A stretch of 64,000 nt of DNA, taken from the NCBI GenBank assembly GCA_963804505.1, contig CAWDQP010000002.1, positions 77,579-141,578 on the forward strand. Direction: 5' to 3'. The stretch's first letter is position 1. Every line of letters starts with the position of its first letter. Under the pieces are notes generated by a model. It was not told the DNA's origin and did not search any database. It saw only the letters and a list, made by a program, of their open reading frames with translations. Source of the stretch: an uncultured Thermoplasmata archaeon (lineage in GTDB: Archaea > Thermoplasmatota > Thermoplasmata > Lutacidiplasmatales > UBA184). Shown here in pieces: positions 1 through 11,089 of this stretch. The translations under genes and the position numbers were made by a program.

Positions 1-3000
1 AACGAGCACGCGAACCCTCCGGAGTCGTTGGTCGTCGTGGAGCACGCGACTCCCCCGGCCCAGCTGACCGTGACCGGCGAGGTCGCGGCGAACCCGGCGC
101 CGGTGACCGTAACGGACGTTCCGACCGGTCCCGTCGCGACACTCTCCTCCAGCGTCGCCGTGACGCCGAAGGTCGCGACGGCGGAGGCGCCGTCCGAGTC
201 GATGCCGGTGAAGGATTGCGCGCCGAACGGGGTCGCCGGTATGGTGAACGAGCAGGCGAAGTTGCCGCTGGCGTTGGTCTCGGCGGTGCAGACCGTGCCC
301 CCGCCCCACGAGACCGACGCGTCCGCGTCAAAGTCGTAGCCGGTGCCGTAGAACGTGACGTACAAGCCCACCGGCCCCGAGGACGGGCTCGCGGTGAGCT
401 TCGACTGGACGGAGAAGGCGACCGTGTTCGTGTTCCCCGAATGGTCGGTCGCTGTGAACAGGTGGGAGCCGAGCGTCGCCGCGGGGATCGTGAACGAGCA
501 GGTGAAGTTACCCACGGCGGTGGAGAGCGTCGTGCACGCGGTGCCGGCGGCCCAGCTGACGATCACGGACGAGTTCGCCGCGAACCCGGTCGCGGAGAAC
601 GTCACGATCGTACCGACCGTGCCGGAGGTCGGGTTGATCGAGAGCGCAGGGGTGACGACGAACGCCGTGCTGGCGGAGTTCGCCGCGGGGGAGCCGTCGG
701 TCGCCGAGAACGCGTGCGAGCCGGCGACGGCGGCCGGGATCTTGAAGGTGCACGAGAAGCTCCCGGTCGCGCTCGTGACCTGTAAGGCGCAGGCGGTCCC
801 GCCGGACCAAACGACCGTGACGTTGGCCTTCGCGGCGTACCCGGTGCCGGTGAAGGTGACCTCGGTCCCCACGGGCCCCGGGCTCGGGCTGACCGACAGG
901 TGGGGCACGACCGTGAACGGAACGCTCGCGGTGTTGCCCGAGCCGTCGATCGCCGTCACGAGGTGCGACCCTGCCACCGTGGGCGGCATCGTGAAGGCGC
1001 AGACAAACCCGCCGGAAGAGTTGGTCGTGACCGAACACACGGCCACCCCGCCCCAGCTGACCGTGACCACCGAGTCGACCGCGTAGTTCGAGCCGGTGGC
1101 GGTGACGAGCGTGCCGACGGGGCCCGTGGTCGGGGAGAGGGTCAGCATCGGCGCGACCGTGAACGTGGTCGCTCCCACGTTCAGGGAGGCGTCCGTGCCG
1201 GTGAACGGATACGGCCCTTGGGTGACCGCGGGGACGGTGAACTGGCAGTCGAACGAACCGTTGAGGGCGGACTCGCCGGAGCAGGCGACCCCGTTCTCCC
1301 AGGTCACCGTGACGAGCGACGACGAGGCGAATCCGAATCCGGTGAACGTGACGAGGGCGCCCACGGGTCCGGTGGACGGCGTCGCGATGAGGCTCGGCAC
1401 GATCGTGACGGAAGCGCTCGCCGTGTCGGTCGACCCGTCCGTGGCGTTGAACGCGTGGTTCCCGGCCGTGGTCGCCAGCATGGTGAACGTGCACGAGAAG
1501 CTCCCGACCGTGCTGGTCGCCGTGACGGTGCACGCGGTCCCACCGCTCCAGGTGACCGTCACGGGCGAGCTGGCGGCGTAGCCGGTGCCGGCGAAGGTGA
1601 TCTTCGACCCGACGGTCGCGGGCGCCGGGCTGTAGGTGAGCTGCGGCTTGATCGTGAGGCTCGCGAGGGCGGCGTTCCCGGCGGCGTCCTCGCCGGTGAA
1701 CGAGTGCGACCCGGCGGTCATCGCGGGAAGCGCGTCGGAGCACGTGAAGCTCCCGGAGGAGTTCGTCGTCGCGGTGCACGCCGTACCGGCCCCGCCGCTG
1801 ACGGTGACCGCCGAGGTCCCGGCGTAACCGTTGCCGGTGAACACGACCACCGACCCCACGGTCGTGGTCGACGGCGTCGCGCTCAGGCTGGGCGTCACCG
1901 TCACGGAAGCGCCCGCCGCGTTCAGGGAGGCGTCCGTGCCGACGAACGAGTGCGCGCCCGCGGTGGCGAGGGGGAGGGTGAACGGGCACGAGAAACTGCC
2001 GGCCGAGTTGGTCGTCCCGGTGCACGCCGTGCCCTCCGCCCAGGAGACGGTGACCAGCGTGGTCGCGGCATACCCGGTGCCCGCGAACGTCACGGTCGCG
2101 CCGACAGGCGCCGGGCTGGGCGTCGCGGTCAGTCGCGGCGTGACGGTGAACGTGGTCGTGGTGGTGTTGCCCGTGGCGTCCGTCGCCGTGAACGTGTGGG
2201 CGCCCGCGTCCGCGGCGGGGATGGCGTACTCGCAGCTGAACCCTCCGGAAGCGTTGGTCGGGGTCGACGCGCACGCCGTCCCATCGCTCCACGTCAGGGT
2301 GACCGTCGAGTCGGGAGCCCAGTTGGTCCCCGTGAACGTCACCGTCGTGCCGACCGGCCCCGACCCCGGGGACGGCGTCACGATAAGCGAGAGCACTGTG
2401 AACGGCAGCGTGGCGTAGTTCGAGGAGGCGTCGGAGGCGTTGAAAACATGCACGCCGAGGGCCGCGCTCGGGATCGTGTAGTTACAGTCGAACGACCCGG
2501 CCGCCCCGGTCGTGCCGGAGCAGGCAGTCCCGACGTTCCAGACGATCTTGAGGGACGAGCTCGCCGCGAAACCCTTCGCCACGAACTCGACGTGGGTCCC
2601 GACGATCCCCACCGGCGGCGTGGCGAGGAGCGACGGGGTGACGACGAAGGTGGCGACCGCCGAGTTCGTCGCCGCGTCCGTGGCCTTGAGGACCATCGGT
2701 CCGGCGACCGTGGTCGGGAGCGTGAACGTGCAGTTGAAGCTGCCACCGCCGCCCGTGGCGGGGACGGTGCAGGCCGTGCCTCCGCTCCAGGTGACCGTGA
2801 CGGACGAAGTGCCGGCGAACCCCGTCCCGGAGACCGTGACGGCGGTCCCGACGGGTCCCGAGGATGGGATCGTTCGGAGTTGCGGGACGACCGTGTAGAC
2901 GAAGGCCACGGAGTTGCCGAGACCGTCCGTGGCGGAGAACGAGTGGGCTCCCGCGACGGTCGGTGGCAGAACGTAGCTGCACTGGAACGACCCCAACGCG

Positions 3001-4960
3001 TCCGTGGTCGCGGTGCACGCCACGCCGGCGGACCAGCTCACGATCACAGGGCTGGTCGGGCCGTAGCCCGTTCCCGCAAACGAGATCGAGGTCCCCACCG
3101 GACCGGAGGAGGGGGTGGCTGCGACGGCCGACGTGACGGTGAAGGTCGTCGTGACGAAGTTCTTCGACCCGTCCGTTCCCGTGAAGACCTGCAGCCCCTG
3201 CGCCGCCGCCGGGATCGTCTCCGAGCACCGGAAGCCTCCGGAGGCATTCGTGGTCGTGGAGCAAGCCGTACCCTCGGCCCACGTCACCGCGACGGCCGAG
3301 TCGGCCGAGTAGTTGGAGCCCACGAACGTCACGACCGTCCCGACCGGCCCGGAGCTCGGCGAGGCCGTGAGATGGGTGCCGACCGTGAACGTGGTGTTCG
3401 CCGAGTTGCCGCCGGTATCCGTGCCCGTGAACAGGTGGGTCCCCTTCGACGTGGAGGGCACGACGAACGAACAGCCGAAACTACCGGAGGCGGTCGTCGT
3501 GTCCGTGCACGCGGTCCCGGCCGCCCAGCTGACGGTCGCCAAGAGGCTCGCCCCGTAGCCGGTCCCGTTGAAGACGACGGTCGTCCCGACCGAACCCGCC
3601 GGCGGCGTGGCGGTCAGCATCGGGGTGACGGTGAACGCGACGCTCGCAACATGGGACGGGGACGCCTCCGTTCCGTTGAAGGTGTGGGCCCCCGTGGGCA
3701 GGGCCGGGATCGTGTAGCCGCAGGAGAAATTGCCGAGGATCGTGGTGGTCGCATCGCAGACCAAGGTCTTGCCGAGGGAGACGTTGATCGCGGACTCCGC
3801 CGCATAGCCGGTTCCCGCGAGCGTGATGGCGGTACCGACGGGTCCCGAGCTGGGAGCGGCGGTCAGCCGTGGCGTCAGCGAGAACGCCGCGGACGCGGTG
3901 TTGCTCGCGTTGTCGGTCCCGACGTAACGTGTACGAACCGACCGTCGCCGCGGGAATCGTGTACGTACAATCCATCACCCCGGTCGCGTTGCTGGTCACG
4001 TTGCAGAGGATCGTCTTTCCGAACGTGATCAGGACCGGTCGCTTCGGCGCGTAGTTCGTCCCCTCGAACGTGACGATCGTCCCGACGGGGCCGCTGGACG
4101 GGCTGATGGTCAGCAGCGGGCTGAGCTTGAACGTCACGGCGGCCGAGTGGCCGGCCGCGTCCTTGCCCGTGAAGGTGTATTTGCCGGGGGGGACGGTCGG
4201 GAGAATGAAGGAACACTTGAACGACCCCAGGGTGCCGGTCGTAGAGGAGCAGGCGCTGCCGCCGCTCCACGTCACGTTGGCGGCGATCGAGGCCGCGAAT
4301 CCGGTGCCGGTGAACTGGATGATAGTCTCGGCGGGCGCCGTCGGCGGGCTGACCGTCAGACCGGCATCCACGGTGAATGTCGCGTTCGCCGTGTTCGCGT
4401 CGGCGTCGGTCGCGGTGAATGTGTGGCTCCCATACACGGCCGCCGGGAGGGTCGTGTTGCAGGTGAACTGTACCGGTGGACGTCGTGGTAGCTCCGCACG
4501 ACTCCCCGGCGCCCTTGACGGTGACGCTGACCGACTTGGCGAAGTGGGCACCGCTGAAGGAGAGGTTCGTGGGAAGGGTCCCGGACGGTGGGCTCACCGT
4601 GAGGGTCGGTTTGGTCGCGGCCGGGGCGGGTAGAAGGATCCCGCCCGAAACCGGCGTCACTGCGGGGGTGACGGCCACACCGGCCTGGCGCCCGGACGGA
4701 GTCACCGCCCAGACTTGGGACGCAGCCGAAAGGGCGTGGCTCGACGAGGTCGCTGGGTTGGACGCCGAAGCCGAGGCGGGTACGGGCAGGCCGGAAACCA
4801 ACCCGGAGAACGCGACGGAGAAGAGGAACAGGGCGGGAAGGACGAGTGAGAGCGAGACCGCAAGGTGGCTTGCGCCCCTACCACGAGCCCACTGCGACAG
4901 GGGCGCCCCGGTTCCGAAGTGGACGCTCGGGCGCGGTGCGCGGGGTCGTGGGGCGGCCAC
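1..4960 (-). CDS. Very large cell-surface protein of about 19 tandem IPT/TIG (Ig-like) repeats with an N-terminal hydrophobic signal/anchor. The 3' end runs off the window. Two apparent frameshifts (about 4472 and 3933).
   Basis: Hand translation of the minus strand gives repeated units such as SPSSGPVGT.VTF.GTGYAA...V.VSW.GG.AC..TTN..GSF.C.FT.P....G.H.F.ATD..GN.A..F.V.P.L. The N-terminus RGRGASHLAVSLSLVLPALFLFSVAFSGL is seen in ORF 3875..5203. The frame is not in the ORF track because it has no stop inside the window. GTG at 4960 lies about 25 nt downstream of a TTTAAG box. Confidence 0.75.
100..4600 (-). repeat. Tandem coding repeat, period about 246 nt (about 82 aa Ig-like domain), about 19 copies, diverged
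   Basis: The GPVG/SGTVG-coding motif recurs on the plus strand near 121, 365, 609, 868, 1113, 1358, 1606, 1850, 2098, 2349, 2597, 2847, 3092, 3338, 3583, 3832, 4079, 4325 and 4570. Confidence 0.8.
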
Positions 4961-4982
4961 GCCATCCCATAAAGTCACCCAC

Positions 4983-4990
4983 CTTAAACC
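4983..4990 (-). promoter_or_regulatory. TATA-like box (GTTTAAGG on the minus strand) for the surface-protein gene
   Basis: Isolated A/T-rich octamer in GC-rich DNA, about 24-30 nt upstream of GTG 4960. Many other genes in the window show the same spacing. Confidence 0.4.
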
Positions 4991-5332
4991 CGCCGAGGGC
5001 CCTCCAAGCGTCGTATCGACCCCCTCCCCCGCGATCCCGGACGTTCCGCCACCCCACCGCGGCGGCTCGTTGGGCCGGCGCAGGACGCGGCCTCGTAATA
5101 CCGTTCTCTCTCCGTCGCCACGGGCACCGGCCCAAGCGCCCGGGCTCGACTTCCACGCCGATGACCTGGTCGCATGGGGCCGGGGAGGGGGCCCCGGTGA
5201 CAAGGAACCGGTGTGCCACCGGAGTTCGCAGGGGTGGGTTGTAGGGAGCTCGGGGCGACGGCTGGGGGATCGGGCCCCGGCCGGGAGTCCACCCTGGGGC
5301 CGGAGTGCATTGCCGTTCCCACCTAGCCAAGC

Positions 5333-5340
5333 ATTTTTGA
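5333..5340 (+). promoter_or_regulatory. TATA-like box (CATTTTTG) upstream of ATG 5366
   Basis: A/T-rich element about 27 nt upstream of the ATG at 5366. Confidence 0.35.
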
Positions 5341-5365
5341 CCCTGCAAGGACCCTGAGCCCCCCG

Positions 5366-6146
5366 ATGCAGCCTCAGTCTACGCCTGGAGAGCCGTCATT
5401 CACTCCGCCGAACAAACCTCCACCGCCCGGTGGTGCCATGGGGCGCATGGGTACGATTCTGGGCGTTGTCGCCGTCGCGCTGGCGCTGGTCGCCGTGGGA
5501 GTGGCCTTTACCCATTCGGGCTCGACGGGCCCGTCCGGCGGCATCGGAACTCCCGGAGTCACCTACTGGGCCGCCGTCAACACGAGCGGTGCGTACATCG
5601 ACGGTTCGAACACTACCGGTAGCTACATCGTGACGACCGGCTCGTACGTCGTCAACTTCACGACCCTTTTTGTACGGCTGCACCTTCTCGGGGGTCATCG
5701 GCACTGCATACGCCACCAACCCGCCGAGCGGGTTGATCTCCGTCCAACTCAATCCTTCGACCCTCTCCCAAGCGAACGTCACCATCTCCAACATCACTAC
5801 CGGGGCCGCCTCGGACTATCCGTTCTACGTGGCGGCCACCTGCCCCGGCGGGTTCAATGCGGTCGTCGCCGCGGATGGGACGATCGTTGTGGGGGCAGGA
5901 GTGACCAGCGTTTCGCCCGAACTTTGCGCCGGAGACCAGCACGGATGCTATCAGGTCGTCTTCAACTCGGATGTCGTGGGCTGCGGGATCGTCGCGGGGC
6001 TCGGCGAGAGTTTCACCGGAACCCCGCCCGCCGGCGGGATCTCGGTGGCTCCCCGGGCCGGGGATGCGGACGGCGTATGGGTTCAGGCCTGGAACTCCGC
6101 CGTAGTGGATACGAACGAATCGTTCCACCTCAGCGTCTACTGCTAG
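5366..6146 (+). CDS. Small Cys-containing extracellular protein with an N-terminal TM anchor. Apparent +1 frameshift in a T5 run near 5668.
   Basis: ORF 5366.. supplies MGRMGTILGVVAVALALVAVGVAF then ...GSYVVNFTT. ORF 5670..6146 continues YGCTFSGVIGTAYATNPP... Junction sequence is acgacccttttTgtacggc. Confidence 0.55.
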
Positions 6147-6447
6147 GAGAAAGCGTTCGGAGGAGCCAGGAACCCCGGCGACACGACCGGACGGAGTCCG
6201 TTCGAACCCTTTCCCCCCATCTTCCTCAGGAGGTGGGCGCCGCGCAGCGCCGGGTCCAAGAAGGGCCGGCACGACATGTCGCAACGGTCCTGCACCGCGG
6301 GATCGCCCGAAGCGACGATAGCTCGAGAGGCAGGCACCGGGGTGGCTCGGCCGAGAGGGAGGCGCGCGGGGTCGACCGAAGCCGTCAGGAATTGGCGCGC
6401 ATGGCGTCCTCGACGAGCGACACGGCGAGCGACAGGTCCTCGAGCGA

Positions 6448-6774
6448 CTACACGGTCACCGAGGCCCATTCGGCGGATGGGCCCCGCGTGTGCACTCGTG
6501 CGTCGAACGCATGTTCGGCCCTTCGGTGCCGGATGAGCTCTTTGGTGAGGCGTACGTCCATTCGCTCCTCGCCGTGAAAGTGGGCGATCTCCCGGTCACC
6601 CACGTAGTACGCGGGCCTGGGTCCCCACCGGGAACTGCGAACGTCGAGCCCGGGGATCTCGGCGAGCTTGCGCTTCAACTCGGTTCGGACCGACACGGAT
6701 GGGGGTGTCCTAGAAACCGCAGTCGTAGAAGACTCGGTCACCCCCATGCGCTCCGGCGCGCGCGGCAGTGCCAT
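6448..6774 (-). CDS. Luciferase-like-domain small protein (family call tentative)
   Basis: C-terminal pattern YYVGDREIAHFHGEERMDVRLTKELIRHRRAEHAFDARV..RGPSAEWASV resembles the small luciferase-domain family. Start chosen at an internal Met. Confidence 0.4.
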   Translation of the reverse strand: MALPRAPERMGVTESSTTAVSRTPPSVSVRTELKRKLAEIPGLDVRSSRWGPRPAYYVGDREIAHFHGEERMDVRLTKELIRHRRAEHAFDARVHTRGPSAEWASVTV

Positions 6775-6871
6775 CACCCCCGGATCGCTTGGCGGCCCGT
6801 CTATCCCGAGGGTAAGAAGGGAGATACATGCTGGACCAACCTTCATCTACTCGACTCCGCACTAATGCGTA

Positions 6872-7150
6872 TTGTTGGTAGCAGTTCTGCTCTGCCCCGG
6901 GTGTGGAGCGGGCTTGTCGACGCGACGGAGATTGCGTCTGCATCTCGCGACCCACGGCTTCGAAAGGGGGGAGGCCCTTCGCATCGCGGCCGATGTGGTG
7001 CGGTCGAGGGCACGCCACGAATGGCGATGCAAATCCTGTCCTCGGAAATTCTCCACCGTGCGAGAGCTTTCCGCCCATAGGCGCTCCTTCGGGCACGGGG
7101 ATCCGGTGAGGGCGTCCGAAGTTCCAGCCCTGCACGATTCGCCCGGCTAG
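6872..7150 (+). CDS. Small protein with two classical C2H2 zinc fingers
   Basis: CPGCGAGLSTRRRLRLHLATH and CKSCPRKFSTVRELSAHRRSFGH (C-x2-C-x12-H-x3/5-H). Confidence 0.55.
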   Translation: MLVAVLLCPGCGAGLSTRRRLRLHLATHGFERGEALRIAADVVRSRARHEWRCKSCPRKFSTVRELSAHRRSFGHGDPVRASEVPALHDSPG

Positions 7151-7358
7151 GCCACACGCACAAGGTCACGAATAGAACTGGACTCCTCGCAGAGGAAGGA
7201 TGGGCCCCCGGTTCCTCGGGGGGACGAAGGGGCCGGTTCCTTATCGGTGAAGGACCGAACGAGGAACGTACCACGGCAGACCCCGCGCAGGGGGCGGACA
7301 ATCCCGGGCTACGAATACCGGGGACGGACCCACGCCGTCCGGTAGGGCTCTTCGCCCG

Positions 7359-9133
7359 TCAGGCGGCGGGTTCGTAGTAGTACTCACCCTTGGCGCGCTG
7401 CTCCCGGTCGAGGACCGACCCTTCGCGATTGATCCTTGGCCGGAGGGTCTCTGCGTCCCGCCGGAACGTGATGTCGACCGTCCGGAGCAATCGGTTCATG
7501 CCGTCCCGCATCGCGAACGGCCCTTCCCCCCGGCCCTTCGTACCGTCGTCCGTCTCCGGTCGGAACACCATCAGGGCGTCGCACGCCAGGTCCAGGAAGT
7601 AGACGTCGTGGTCGACGATCAACGCGGAGACCGCTTGGCGCTCGACCTGCCGCCGGACGAGCCGGGCCATCGACATCCGCTCGTCCGCGTCCAGGTACGC
7701 GGACGGCTCGTCCAGGAGGTAGAGGGTCGCGGGTCGGGCGAGGGCGAGCGCCACCGCCGCTCGCTGCAGCTCACCGCCCGACAGGTCGGGGAGCGCCACG
7801 TCCAAGATCCCATCGAGGTGGAGACCCGGAACGAGCTCTCGGTCGAACAGGTTGGCGTCGAACGACGGGTCGCGTGCGAGCGCCTCCCGGCGCTCGCGCA
7901 GGCTGGCCTTGTTCGGCGCCTTGAGGTACTGCGGCTTGTAGCTGACCGTGACCCCGGGGGCGGTGTGCCCGAGGTGGGCGGCTCCGCGCCGGCGAGCATC
8001 CGCACGAACGTCGTCTTGCCGGTCGCGTTCGGGCCCACGATGCCGACCGTTTCGCCCCGCGCCACCGACCCGGCGGCGATGGAGAGCGCGAACGACGGGA
8101 ACTCCTTCTCGAGGGCGGGGAACTCCACGAGCGCGTTCGGACGCGCCACCGGCCGCGGCGGGTGGGATACGAACCGGATCGGCTCGGTCCGGAACCGGAC
8201 GTTCTCGTCCTTCAGATAGCCGGTAAGGTAGGTATTGATCGCCGACCGCATCGGGATCGGGTGGCTGATCACCCCGAACGCCGCGGGTTCGCCGTAGAGG
8301 AGGTGCGCCTGGTCCGCAAGGTAGTCGAGGATCGCGAGGTCGTGCTCGACCACGACCACGCTCTTCGTCTCCCCCAGGCGCCGCAAGAGACGCGCGACGT
8401 TCAGCCGGTGTATGATGTCGAGATAGCTGGACGGCTCGTCGATGAGGTAGAGGTCCGCGTCGGTCGCGAGCGTCCGCGCGATCTCCACTAGCTGGAGCTG
8501 GCCGCCGGAGAGCTCGCCGAGCTTCTTGTCGGCGGAGGAGGCGAGCCCGACCTCCTTCAGGACCCGCGCGGCCGCGGGGGAGTCGCCGACCCGTTCGCGC
8601 GCCGTGGACGGCTCCTCCGCGATCCGATCCACGTACTGGGGCTTGATCGCCGTCGTGAGGGCGCCCTTGGCGATCCGGTCGAAATGGGCGCGCAGCGCGG
8701 TCCCCCGGTAATGCTCGAGAACCTTGGACCAGTCGCCGGGATGGCCGAAGTCGCCGAGGTTCGGGACCTCCGCGCCGGCGAGCAGCTGGAGGGCGGTCGA
8801 TTTGCCCGTTCCGTTCGGGCCGAGGAGGCCCGTGATGCCCTTCGTCGGCGGGACGGGCATCCGGTACAGCCGGAACCCGTTGTACCCGTACCGGTGCACG
8901 ATCTCGGACGGGTCCGCCTCGGGCGTGTTCAGGATCTTGATCGCGTCGAACGGGCACTTGTGGACGCAGATCCCGCACCCGATGCAGAGCGTCTCCGAGA
9001 TGATCGGTTTTCCCAGCGGGCCCTCGACGATGCATTCCTGACCCATCCGGACGGGCGGGCAGTACGCCTGGCATTCCCACTGGCACTCCTTGGGGTGGCA
9101 GCGGTCGTTGAGGAGGATCGCGATCCGCGCCAT
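7359..9133 (-). CDS. ABCE1: ABCE1 / RNase L inhibitor (ribosome recycling ATPase). Apparent 1-nt indel in a C5G4 run near 7965.
   Basis: N-terminal 4Fe-4S ferredoxin domain (CHPKECQWECQAYCPP, CIGCGICVHKCP) and two ABC cassettes (GPNGTGKST, LSGGQLQ; GPNATGKTT, LSGGELQR). The C-terminal half continues in the frame of ORF 7359..9629 (VSYKPQYLKA...). Confidence 0.9.
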
Positions 9134-9136
9134 GGC

Positions 9137-9841
9137 TCACGCCTCCTTCCGGTCGGTGGCGATTCCGCCGTCCTTCATCACCAGATGGCGGGACGCGCGG
9201 GCCGCGACCTCGGGGTTGTGCGTAACGACCAGGAGGGTGGCGTTCCGGTCGGCCCGGACCCGCTCCAAGAGGTCGAGGATCGCGCCCGCGTTCTTCGAGT
9301 CGAGCTCCCCGGTCGGCTCGTCCGCGAGCAGGAGGCCGGGCCGGTTCGCGAGCGCGCGGGCGATCGCCACGCGCTGCTCCTCGCCGCCCGAGAGCTGGTG
9401 CGGGTAGGCTCCCTCCCGCCCGGCGAGCCCCACCTCCGCCAGCAGCGCCAACGCCCGCTGGCGGCGCGCGGCGCGGGACACGCGCATCGCGGCCATCGGG
9501 AGCTCGACGTTCTCGGTCGCGGTCAGCATCGGGAGAAGGTAGAACCGCTGGAAGATGAACCCGACCTCCTCGAGGCGCATCCGGGCGCGCTCTCGGTCTT
9601 GGCGCTGGCCGACGGGCGTGCCGTCCCATCGGACCTCCCCGGAGGTCGGCTCGTCCAGAAGGCCGATCAGGTTGAGCAGGGTCGTCTTCCCGCAGCCGCT
9701 GGGACCCTCCACCGAGACGAACTCCCCGGGGTCGACGCGGAGCGAGACGGCCCGCAGCGCCCGCACCTCCTCGGGCGTTCCCCGGCCGTACGTGCGGGAG
9801 ACCGCGGCGAGGTCGATCGTGTGGGCCCGTCCCTCGCTCAC
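9137..9841 (-). CDS. ABC transporter ATP-binding protein (MacB/LolD/FtsE-like)
   Basis: GPSGCGKTTLLN, LSGGEEQRVAIARAL, LLLADEPTGELD. The GTG start overlaps the upstream stop (GTGA). Confidence 0.85.
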   Translation of the reverse strand: MSEGRAHTIDLAAVSRTYGRGTPEEVRALRAVSLRVDPGEFVSVEGPSGCGKTTLLNLIGLLDEPTSGEVRWDGTPVGQRQDRERARMRLEEVGFIFQRFYLLPMLTATENVELPMAAMRVSRAARRQRALALLAEVGLAGREGAYPHQLSGGEEQRVAIARALANRPGLLLADEPTGELDSKNAGAILDLLERVRADRNATLLVVTHNPEVAARASRHLVMKDGGIATDRKEA

Positions 9842-11089
9842 CGGAGGGCCTCCACCATCTCCACGCGCAGCGCGGCCCGGGCGGCGACCGCGCTCGCGAG
9901 GAGGGCGAGCGCGATCAGCCCGAGCACGACCGCTCCGAGCTCGACCGGGTCGAAGACCGCCAACCCGGCCGCTTCCCGGACCGTGGACGAGCCCCAGCGA
10001 GCGAGCGCCTCGACCACGACGTAGCCGACCGCGACCCCCAGCACGGCGCCCGCGGACGCGAGGAGTGCCCCCTCCCGAAGGATGTCCGAGGCGATCCAAC
10101 GCGTCGGGATCCCGATCGCACGTCGGATCCCGATCGCGCGTCGCCCGGCCTCGACGCGCCGCAGCAGCACGAGCGCGAGAAAGAGGACGCCGACCGCAAG
10201 GCCGACGGAGGAGAGGGCCAGGTAGAAGCCGGTGAGCACGCTCGGCGGCTACCTTGAGCTCCGACGCTTCCTGGGAGAGCGTGGTGACGGTGTAGAACGG
10301 CAGGTGGGCCTGGATGACGGCCGCCGCCTGGGCGAGGGCGGCCGGGCTGGCGGAGGCGGCGCCGGTGACCGACACCTCGATGGAGTCGGCGGCGTCCGGA
10401 ACGAGGGTTCCGTTGCCGGCCGCGTAGTGGGCTAGCACCTGAAGGTCGGAGAGCGGCACCAGGACCACGTAGGCGCCCGACGGCTGGGCGAACGAGAACG
10501 GTAGCCCGAACGTGCCGGTCACGTTGAACACGGTGCCGGCGGATTCGTTGCTGGACGCGGAGAGGACGATCGTGGAACCCCGCTCGACCCGATGCGACGA
10601 GGCGTAGGTGCTCGAGACGAGTACATCGAACGTCGGGGGTCCGGTGTAGGTGCCGTTCGCGAAACGCACGGCGTCGGTCGGGTCGCCAAGCGGCAACGGA
10701 TCGGGAAACAGGCCGGCCTCGGTGGGCCCGAGCGTCGCGGTGAACGCCCCCGGCACGACCCCTTCGGCGAGGACGCCGGAGTCGTTCCCGCTCCGGTTGA
10801 ACGAGTCGATCGCGACGCTCAGCACGGGCGACGCGGCCGTCACGGACGGAACGTGCTGGACGATCCAGTCCGACTGCGTATGCGCGCTCTCGATCCCATG
10901 GGCGCCGGACGTGCTGACGACGATCTGGTACCCCGCGTTCTCGAGGTCGGAGAGCTCGTGCGAGGCGACCCCCCCGCCGACGCTCACGAGGACGACGGGC
11001 AGGGCGACCGACGCCGCGATCGCGGCCACCGCCAGCACCAGCTGCAGCCGGGCGTGGCGTCGCGGCCCGCGACGGCCGGACCGGCTCAT
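9838..11089 (-). CDS. ABC transporter permease, FtsX/MacB type. Apparent frameshift near 10235.
   Basis: N-terminus MSRSGRRGPRRHARLQLVLAVAAIAASVALPVVLV with a large extracytoplasmic domain. The C-terminal FtsX-like TM bundle is in ORF 9838..10239. ATGA overlap with the upstream gene. Confidence 0.7.

Noticed and set aside
900-4028. 1042-aa plus-strand ORF (also 508..2292 minus, and 216..785) rich in Arg/Gly/Asp
   Set aside because: Wrong-frame or antisense shadow ORFs of the minus-strand IPT-repeat gene. The composition is typical of off-frame translation of GC-rich DNA and there are no motifs.
7151-7358. Hairpin-rich 208-nt spacer (for example CCCCCG-GTTCCT-CGGGGG and CGGTTCCTT-ATCGGTG-AAGGACCG) as a possible ncRNA
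   Set aside because: It lies between two convergent gene ends, so bidirectional terminator-like structure is the simplest reading. I saw no resemblance to known RNA families.
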